This document shows, piece by piece, positions 57,082-64,000 of a DNA stretch of 64,000 bases. The translations under genes and the position numbers were made by a program. This DNA is from Gemmatimonadota bacterium (GTDB taxonomy: Bacteria; Gemmatimonadota; Gemmatimonadetes; Gemmatimonadales; Gemmatimonadaceae). The notes under the pieces are model-generated. The model had not been told where the DNA came from. It did not search any database and was given only the letters and a program-made list of their open reading frames with translations. The DNA lies in assembly GCA_040389905.1 (NCBI GenBank), contig JAZJZK010000023.1, forward strand, positions 1-64,000. Reading direction: 5' to 3'. Every line of letters begins with the position of its first letter. Position 1 is the stretch's first letter.

Positions 57082-58989
57082 GTGAACGCTCAGCCTGAAC
57101 GCGGGCGCCGACAACTCGCCGCGGCGTCGATAGCGGCGCTCGGTGTCGTCTTCGGTGATCTGGGAACAAGCCCGCTGTACGCGTTGCACGATACGTTCGT
57201 CGGCTCAAATCCCGTGATCGTAACGCACGAGAACGTGCTCGGAATTCTTTCGCTCTTTGTCTGGTCCCTCATTATCGTCGTCAGCGGCAAGTACCTCGTC
57301 CTGATGATGCGTGCGGATAATCGCGGAGAAGGTGGAATCTTCGCGCTGCTGGCACTCACCGGCGCTACATCCGCTGGAGCCGATGCAGCACGCCGTTCGC
57401 GGATTGTGTCCACGATTCTCGTACTGGGCATTGCTGGAGCCGCACTGCTCTATGGCGACGGTGTCATTACGCCGGCGATTTCGGTACTCAGTGCGGTTGA
57501 AGGTCTCGCGGTCGCGACGACGGCGCTCAGGCCCTACGTGGTTCCGGTGACCGTCGTCGTACTCGTAGCGCTGTTTTCCGTCCAGCCATTCGGATCGGCG
57601 CGAATCGGCCGAGTGTTCGGGCCCGTGCTTGCGCTGTGGTTCGTCGTCATTGCGGCAATCGGCATTTGGGGAATCGTCCGAGAGCCAGCCGTGCTGTGGG
57701 CCCTCAATCCCGTTCACGGCGCGCGGTACTTCGTGGTACACGGATGGCGAGGCTTCCCGGTGCTTGGTGCGGTCGTCCTCTGTCTCACTGGCGGCGAAGC
57801 CCTTTACGCCGACATGGGACACTTCGGACGCCGACCGATTCGCGTGGCCTGGTTCGCACTGGCATTTCCCAGTTTGGTGCTGAGTTACCTCGGGCAAGGG
57901 GCGATCCTGCTCACGAATGCCGCCGCTGCGGAGAACCCATTCTTCCGTTCCGCGCCGAGTTGGTCACTCTATCCGTTGATCGTCCTCGCCACAGCCGCGA
58001 CCGTGATTGCGTCGCAAGGATTGATCACCGCCGTATTCTCATTGACCGGTCAGGCGGTAAAGCTCGGACTGAGTCCGCGGCTCGATATCGTGCATACATC
58101 GTCAAGTGAGATCGGACAGATCTACCTGCCGGCGCTCAACTGGGTGTTGATGTTTGCGTGCGTGGCGCTCGTGCTGATCTTCCGCTCGTCCACGCGATTG
58201 GCTGCCGCGTTCGGCCTCGCGGTGTCAGGCACCATGACGATTACGACGCTGCTCTTCGTAGCGGTCGCTCGCAATCGGTGGAAGTGGAGTGCAGTGCGTG
58301 TTGCGGTAGTCGCCGGTGCCTTTCTCTTCATCGATCTCGCCTTCCTCGGCGCCAACATGCTGAAGATTCCGGAAGGAGGATGGATTCCACTTGCGATCGG
58401 CGCGGTCGTCTTCACGCTGCTGGCCACCTGGCAACGCGGGCGCGCATTGCTCCGTGTTTCCGAGGAAACGCGCGCCGAAGCAGCCGTTGGTATCGAGCGC
58501 CTCATCACGTCGATTCGGGAGGGGTCGGCCGCCCGTGTGCCTGGTACGGCGGTATACATGAACGGCGTGCCGGAAGGCGTGCCTCGCACCCTGTTGCACA
58601 ATCTCAAGCACAACCGAGTGATACACGAGCGCGTGGTCTTCCTCACGGTGCTGACCGATGACATTCCCTTTGTGTCGGATGATCAGCGCGTGACCGTGAC
58701 CGTGATTGCTGACGGTTTCTGGCGAGTCGTCGCTCGATATGGCTTCATGGAGGAGCCAGACGTTCCAGCCGTCATGACGATGGCCGCGTCGCAGGGCCTC
58801 CCATTTCGCCGGGACGAGACGACGTATTTCCTCGGCCGCGAGACGATCATCTCGGCGGAAAAGCCTGGTATGGCGCGATGGCGCGAGCGGTTGTTTGGAT
58901 TGATGGTGCGTAACGCGCGCCCGGCGACGGCATATTTCGGCCTGCCGCCCAATCGCGTTGTCGAGCTCGGGGCGCAGGTCGAGATCTGA
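57082..58989 (+). CDS. kup: KUP/HAK/KT potassium transporter
   Basis: LGVVFGDLGTSPLY, ADNRGEGG, GDGVITPAISVLSAVEG, TGGEALYADMGHFG, GQIY.P, YFLGRE. Confidence 0.95.
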   Translation: MNAQPERGRRQLAAASIAALGVVFGDLGTSPLYALHDTFVGSNPVIVTHENVLGILSLFVWSLIIVVSGKYLVLMMRADNRGEGGIFALLALTGATSAGADAARRSRIVSTILVLGIAGAALLYGDGVITPAISVLSAVEGLAVATTALRPYVVPVTVVVLVALFSVQPFGSARIGRVFGPVLALWFVVIAAIGIWGIVREPAVLWALNPVHGARYFVVHGWRGFPVLGAVVLCLTGGEALYADMGHFGRRPIRVAWFALAFPSLVLSYLGQGAILLTNAAAAENPFFRSAPSWSLYPLIVLATAATVIASQGLITAVFSLTGQAVKLGLSPRLDIVHTSSSEIGQIYLPALNWVLMFACVALVLIFRSSTRLAAAFGLAVSGTMTITTLLFVAVARNRWKWSAVRVAVVAGAFLFIDLAFLGANMLKIPEGGWIPLAIGAVVFTLLATWQRGRALLRVSEETRAEAAVGIERLITSIREGSAARVPGTAVYMNGVPEGVPRTLLHNLKHNRVIHERVVFLTVLTDDIPFVSDDQRVTVTVIADGFWRVVARYGFMEEPDVPAVMTMAASQGLPFRRDETTYFLGRETIISAEKPGMARWRERLFGLMVRNARPATAYFGLPPNRVVELGAQVEI

Positions 58990-59036
58990 TGGCTTTGGCC
59001 GAAGGCTGCGCGGTTAGGCGTGGGCATGACTGTGAT

Positions 59037-59127
59037 TGTCACCCTGAGCGAGCGAAGCGAGTCGAAGGGTCTGCACCTCGTATCCAGGCGGCAAGTGCAG
59101 CCCCCCTCGACTTCGCTCGGGATGACA
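59037..59127. repeat. REP-like element family A, complete palindromic copy
   Basis: tgtcaccctgagcgagcgaagcgagtcgaagggtctgcac ... gtgcagcccccctcgacttcgctcgggatgaca between the convergent kup genes. Confidence 0.88.
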
Positions 59128-59159
59128 GCCTTAACTGAACAACATTGGCTAGCCATGCT

Positions 59160-61088
59160 TCAGAATTCGATCTGCGCTCCCAACTCCACGACTCGATTCG
59201 GCGGAATCTGGAAGAACTCCGTTGCCGAACGCGCGTTTCGTGAGAGCAGCGCAAAGAGGCCCTTTCGCCAACGCGACATCTTCGCCGTGCCGGTGAGGAC
59301 GAGTCGTTCGCGGCCGAGGAAATAGGATGTGTCCATCTTCGGGATCGGAACGCCTTGCGCCGCGGCCATCGCGAGGACCTCAGGAATGTTCGGCGACTCC
59401 ATGAAGCCGAAGCTCGCAACGATCCGATAGAAGCCCTCACCCATTTTCTCGAGCGTCAAGCGCCGATCGGCGCTCACCTCCGGTATGCCGCGCGTCTGGA
59501 CGCTCAACAGGACGACGGTCTCGTGCAACATCTTGTTGTGTTTCAAGTGATGTAGCAAGACGACGGGCACACCGTCCGGAGAGGATGTCATGAACACGGC
59601 GGTTCCGCGTACGCGCATCGGAGGCTTCGACTTGATGCTCGTGAGGAAGGTGTCCAGCGGCAGCGCGTTACGCTCCTGAATCTCGCTCAGTTGCAACCGC
59701 CCGCGCTTCCACGTGCTCATCAAGGTATAGACGACCATCGCCATCGCGATGGGGACCCAGCCGCCGTGTTCGATCTTCACGATGTTCGCGACGAGAAAGG
59801 AGAGGTCGATCGCAAGAAAAGCGACTGTCAGTCCCAAGACGTGTGGGAGGGACCACTGCCACCGTGTTCTCGCGATCACCGCGAACAGGATCGTCGTAAT
59901 GGCCATCGTTCCCGTGACCGCGATGCCGTAGGCGGCGCTCAAATTGCTCGAGTTCCTGAATCCGAGCACAAGAAGGAGGCAGCCCACCATGAGCGCCTTG
60001 TTGACCTCCGGAATGTAGATCTGTCCCGCTTCGTGCTCCGAGGTGTGAATGATCTGCATGCGCGGCGAATACCCGAGCTGCACACTCTGCTGTGTGAGCG
60101 AGAATGCACCGGAGATCAGTGCTTGCGACGCGACGACCGCCGCAAGCGTCGCGATGATAAGAAGCGGCCATTGGAACGCCGATGGCGCCAGTAGGTAAAA
60201 CGGGTTGCTGGCCGCGGTTGGATCGCGAAGCAGCAGGGCACCCTGGCCGAAATAGTTGAGGAGCAACGCCGGAAAGACCGCCATGAACCACGCGAGGCGA
60301 ATGGGCCGCTTCCCGAAGTGACCCATATCCGCGTACAACGCTTCGCCCCCTGTGACGCACAGCACGACAGCGCCAAGGGTAAGGAAGCCCGCGAGACCGT
60401 GCTCACGGAAGAACACGACCGCATGCCACGGATTGGCTGCGGCGAGCACCTCGTGCGTTGCCGCTACACTGCGGACACCGAGTACCGAAATCGTCACGAA
60501 CCAGACGAGCATGATCGGACCAAATGCCGTGCCGACTCGCGCCGTCCCGAATCGTTGCACCATGAACAACAAGAAAATGATCGCCAGGCTGATCCACATG
60601 ACGAACGGCGCGAGCGCCGGGGTGTTGACTTCGAGCCCTTCGACGGCACCGAGGACCGAGATCGCCGGCGTGATGACGCCGTCACCGTACAAGAGCGCCG
60701 CGCCGAAAAGGCCCAGCGCGACGAGGGCGAGACGGCGCTGCTTGTCATCCTCCCGGCGTTTCTGCTGCAACAGCAGGGCGAGCAGGGCGAGAATCCCGCC
60801 CTCGCCACGATTGTCGGCGCGCAGAATGAAGACGATGTACTTGATGCTGACGACGAGTACTAATGACCAGAGGATGAGGGACAACACACCCAGAATGTTC
60901 TGGGGAGTTGGTGTGATCCCATATTCACTCTTGAAGCATTCGCGAAGCGCGTACAGAGGGCTCGTGCCGATGTCGCCATAGACAACGCCGAGTGCGGTGA
61001 GAGAGAGCAGTGCGAGGCGCTTTCCCGTAGGGGCTTCACGGTCCGGCACCTCGTGGACTGATGTATAGGCAGAAGTCTGGGACGACAT
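59160..61088 (-). CDS. kup: KUP/HAK/KT potassium transporter (second paralogue)
   Basis: LGVVYGDIGTSPLY, ADNRGEGG, TGGEALYADMGHFG, AYGIAVTGTM, YFLGRE. Confidence 0.96.
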   Translation of the reverse strand: MSSQTSAYTSVHEVPDREAPTGKRLALLSLTALGVVYGDIGTSPLYALRECFKSEYGITPTPQNILGVLSLILWSLVLVVSIKYIVFILRADNRGEGGILALLALLLQQKRREDDKQRRLALVALGLFGAALLYGDGVITPAISVLGAVEGLEVNTPALAPFVMWISLAIIFLLFMVQRFGTARVGTAFGPIMLVWFVTISVLGVRSVAATHEVLAAANPWHAVVFFREHGLAGFLTLGAVVLCVTGGEALYADMGHFGKRPIRLAWFMAVFPALLLNYFGQGALLLRDPTAASNPFYLLAPSAFQWPLLIIATLAAVVASQALISGAFSLTQQSVQLGYSPRMQIIHTSEHEAGQIYIPEVNKALMVGCLLLVLGFRNSSNLSAAYGIAVTGTMAITTILFAVIARTRWQWSLPHVLGLTVAFLAIDLSFLVANIVKIEHGGWVPIAMAMVVYTLMSTWKRGRLQLSEIQERNALPLDTFLTSIKSKPPMRVRGTAVFMTSSPDGVPVVLLHHLKHNKMLHETVVLLSVQTRGIPEVSADRRLTLEKMGEGFYRIVASFGFMESPNIPEVLAMAAAQGVPIPKMDTSYFLGRERLVLTGTAKMSRWRKGLFALLSRNARSATEFFQIPPNRVVELGAQIEF

Positions 61089-61225
61089 GGTTCCGTTGGC
61101 ATTCCTGCGTCGCCGCCCCCTCGTGGGAACAGCGGAAGCCGGAGACGCATGCGCCTCCGGCCTGATATGAACATATCCGCAGGACGACGCTACGGCAGCG
61201 TTTACGCCGTCCGAGCGCCCACCGG

Positions 61226-61837
61226 CTACTTCGCGGCCGTCTTCGCGATCGCCTCGATTTCCTTTGCCGCCCGGTCCAGGACCTCAACGATCCGCTTCAG
61301 GAACTCCGCGTCGTGGACGGCGTCGGTAGCTCGGCTGTAGGTCGCCTTGCCGACCCGCCGAAATGCGCCGTGGACTTCCGCCATGGGCTCGTCGAGGAAG
61401 TGGCCAACGAGCGTCGCGATCCGGTCGAAGATGTTGTCGACCGTCTCGCGGTTCTCGGCAAGATGAGCCCGTCCTTCGTCCGTGATCTCGTAGACCTTCT
61501 TCCCTTCGGGGCCTGGGACAACCTTGGCGTATCCGAGGTCTTCGAGGAGTTGAAGAGTCGGGTAGACGGTGCCCGGGCTGGGCGCGTAGGCGCCGCCGAA
61601 CCGTTCCTCGAGGGCCTTGATGATCTCGTAGCCGTGGCGGGGCTTCTCCTCGAGGAGTCGCAGGACCACGTAGCGGAGGTCTCCCTGCTCGAACATTCGT
61701 CCGCCGCGCCAGCGTCCCCGAGGGCGCCCTTCGGAGCCGAAGAAGCCGTTCATGAAGCTCGCGTCCCATCCCCACTTTTCGCGGTGCATGTGCGGGGCGC
61801 CGGGGCGCGCGTCCCAACCGCAGAACCAGTCACGCAT
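61226..61837 (-). CDS. PadR family transcriptional regulator (YqjI-like, Gly/Arg-rich N-terminus)
   Basis: GDLRYVVL.LL, PRHGYEII, Y.PSPGTVYPTL, KKVYEITDEG; GGAGG RBS. Confidence 0.92.
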   Translation of the reverse strand: MRDWFCGWDARPGAPHMHREKWGWDASFMNGFFGSEGRPRGRWRGGRMFEQGDLRYVVLRLLEEKPRHGYEIIKALEERFGGAYAPSPGTVYPTLQLLEDLGYAKVVPGPEGKKVYEITDEGRAHLAENRETVDNIFDRIATLVGHFLDEPMAEVHGAFRRVGKATYSRATDAVHDAEFLKRIVEVLDRAAKEIEAIAKTAAK

Positions 61838-61859
61838 GTGAGTCCTCCGCTCGGTCGAG

Positions 61860-61907
61860 CGATATATCGTTAGGCGGAAGATATATCGTGCGATATATCG
61901 GAGTCAA
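61860..61907 (-). promoter_or_regulatory. padR promoter with three palindromic GATATATC boxes
   Basis: cgatatatcg at 61860, agatatatcg at 61879, cgatatatcg at 61891; TTGACT (61907-61902), 18-bp spacer, TATCTT (61883-61878). Confidence 0.72.
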
Positions 61908-61945
61908 TAGGGTGGTGCGTGGCCATCTGCTTCACCAACAGCACG

Positions 61946-62044
61946 TACGTACTCTGAGATACGTAGTCTGAGATACGCAGTACGTATCAAATAATACGTA
62001 ACTAATAGTACGTAGTTGATAGTACGTGCTTAATAGTACGTAGT
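61946..62044. repeat. AT-rich 14-bp-periodic TACGTA array
   Basis: Cores at 61946, 61960, 61974, then 61981, 61995, 62009, 62023, 62037. Confidence 0.8.
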
Positions 62045-62152
62045 CACCCACTTGCTGTTTCGCCCTCCGGGCGGCTGTGCCCTGTCCCGTGTTCAGAGGT
62101 GCCATACATTAACAGAACATGAATACCAGACCTCCTACCCTGGTTTCTCCCA

Positions 62153-64000
62153 ATGAGAAAAACCCGCCCCATCACCTGGGCGGCCGCTGTTGCGCTCACC
62201 ACGCAATCCGCGTCCGCGCAGGTCACGACCGCGCGTGATACCGCCGCCCTCCCCACCGTCACGGTCACCAGCACGCGCGCTCCGGCGTCGATCCTCACCA
62301 CGCCGCTCGCGATTACCAAAATCACCGCCGCCGAACTCCGCAGCGTCAACGGCTACGGCCTCGAAGACGCACTATCCAAGGTTCCGGGTGTCATCGCGCA
62401 ATCACGTTACGGCACGAGCGACGTCCGGCTGATCATCCGTGGCTTCGGCGCACGTGGCGCCGGTGATCGCTCCAACGCCGGAACATCCCGCGGCGTCCGC
62501 GTCCTCCTCGATGGATTCCCCGAGACCGAGCCGGATGGACGCACCGCGTTCGACCAGATCGACCTTGCCGCAGCGCAGTCGGTCGAAGTCGTGCGCAGCA
62601 ATGCCTCTTCCGTATGGGGCAACGCGGCAGGTGGTGTCGTCAACGTCCTCACCATGCCGACGTCGACGACGTCCATCATCGACGCGCAGCCGATCTTTGG
62701 TGGATACGGCCTCGCGCGCTACGCGGTCCGTGCATCGGCGCCGCTCGGCAACGGCACCGCATGGCTGGCGTTTACCAACTCGACCTTCGACGGCTACCGC
62801 AAGCACTCGGACGCGCGTCGAACCATGCTCAATGCCGGCGTCTCGGGCATGATCAGCGACCACACCAAGCTCGGCATCTTTCTCTCGGCCGCGAACAACC
62901 TGATGCGCATTCCCGGCCCGTTGACGCAGGCGCAGTTCGATGCGGATCCGATGCAGGCGAATGCGACGTACGTATCGCGCGACGAACGGCGCTACAACAA
63001 GCTCGGCCGTCTCGGCGTGTCCGTCGACCACGCCCTGGACACGACGATGTCGATTTCCTCGGCGATCTACGTGAATCCGAAGTATCTCCAGCGCTCCGAG
63101 CGCGGCACGTACCGCGACTTCACGCGCATCCACTTCGGCGGAAACGCGATCGGGCACAAATCCTTCATGTCCGGTGACGTGCGTAATCACGTGACCGCGG
63201 GCGTGGATCAGGCGTACCAGGACGGCGCCATTCTCTTCTATACGTTGTCGGCGACGAATGACCGCGGCACCACGCTCAGCGACAACAAGGGCGAAGGCGC
63301 GATGAACCTGGGCTTCTTCGTGCAGGACGAAGTCGCCGTCAACGACCGGTTCTCACTGCTGCTCGGCGCGCGTCACGATCGCGTTTCATACTACTACAAG
63401 AGCTTCCTGCCCACTGCTGTCGTTCGCTCCGATGCACGGAATTTCAGCCGCGTGTCCCCGAAACTTGGCGTGAACCTCCGCGTGGGAACGTCGAGCAGCA
63501 TCTACGCGAATGTCGGTGGCGGCGTCGAGGCACCGGCCGGCAACGAAACAGATCCGACGCCCGGTACTCCGACGCCGACGCCGCTGCTCAACCCGCTGCT
63601 CGACGCGATCAACTCGGTGACCTACGAGGTGGGGTACAAAACACTCGGCCGGTCGATGGGCGCGGCCACGATGAACGCCGACGTTGCCGTCTACGACACC
63701 GAGGTGCAAAACGAGATCGTGCCGTACAACGGCGGGCGCTACTACCAGACGGCAGCCAAAGCACGCCGCCAGGGTGCTGAGCTCGGGGTGAGCATGCAGA
63801 ACACATTTGGCGTTTTTGCCAACTATGCGTTGACCCTTTCGAACAACAAGTACTCGTCGTACGTCATCGATTCGGCGGTCCAGTTTCCGACAGATCCGAC
63901 GAAGGCCGGCAAGCGTGCCGACTACAGCGGCAACAAGGTCGTGGGCGTCCCCGGCTACACGAGCAACATCGAGTTGGGTGCGGAGTTGCCCCGATACCGC
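62153..64000 (+). CDS. TonB-dependent receptor (YncD/PqqU-like plug), truncated by window end; not in ORF track
   Basis: Hand translation MRKTRPITWAAAVALTTQSASAQ...LPTVTVTSTR (TonB box)...VPGV...IRGFGAR...LDGFPETEPDG...VEVVRSNASSVWGNAAGGVVN; beta-strand-like sequence continues to the end. Confidence 0.9.
   Translation, partial: MRKTRPITWAAAVALTTQSASAQVTTARDTAALPTVTVTSTRAPASILTTPLAITKITAAELRSVNGYGLEDALSKVPGVIAQSRYGTSDVRLIIRGFGARGAGDRSNAGTSRGVRVLLDGFPETEPDGRTAFDQIDLAAAQSVEVVRSNASSVWGNAAGGVVNVLTMPTSTTSIIDAQPIFGGYGLARYAVRASAPLGNGTAWLAFTNSTFDGYRKHSDARRTMLNAGVSGMISDHTKLGIFLSAANNLMRIPGPLTQAQFDADPMQANATYVSRDERRYNKLGRLGVSVDHALDTTMSISSAIYVNPKYLQRSERGTYRDFTRIHFGGNAIGHKSFMSGDVRNHVTAGVDQAYQDGAILFYTLSATNDRGTTLSDNKGEGAMNLGFFVQDEVAVNDRFSLLLGARHDRVSYYYKSFLPTAVVRSDARNFSRVSPKLGVNLRVGTSSSIYANVGGGVEAPAGNETDPTPGTPTPTPLLNPLLDAINSVTYEVGYKTLGRSMGAATMNADVAVYDTEVQNEIVPYNGGRYYQTAAKARRQGAELGVSMQNTFGVFANYALTLSNNKYSSYVIDSAVQFPTDPTKAGKRADYSGNKVVGVPGYTSNIELGAELPRYR

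Noticed and set aside
61946..62044. CRISPR array
   Set aside because: Period is only 14 bp with 6-bp cores; no 25-40 bp repeats with unique spacers and no cas genes. The 9-mer repeats at 32776 and 36240 fail for the same reasons.

Overview
GC-rich bacterial chromosomal segment. Gene content and style suggest Gemmatimonadota, but this is inferred and not tested. There are about 50 CDSs; no rRNA, tRNA, CRISPR array or transposase was seen. Housekeeping and metabolic genes: split TPP-dependent decarboxylase plus cyclase, gyrA, a GGDEF/dehydratase/Ser-Thr kinase cluster, peptidases, dacB, a caa3-type cytochrome c oxidase operon, a cNMP-domain-fused aspartase, leuS, and ArsR and PadR regulators. 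A ~15 kb potassium-uptake cluster comprises kdpE, split kdpD, kdpFABC, a porin, a degenerate kinase and two kup genes, and a TonB-dependent receptor runs off the right end. The best candidate for an undescribed system is a cytoplasmic two-gene operon (12766-16209, minus strand) of an S8 subtilase and a ComEC/Avs1a-like MBL-fold hydrolase, which looks like a protease-activated nuclease defence or conflict module. Intergenic DNA carries several families of palindromic or periodic repeats. One family also sits in frame inside three coding regions (kdpB, ctaG, an M1 peptidase), and another is a ~205 bp MITE-like element with a covarying internal hairpin. Several start codons were moved from the ORF track using RBS, -10 or stop-start overlap evidence.
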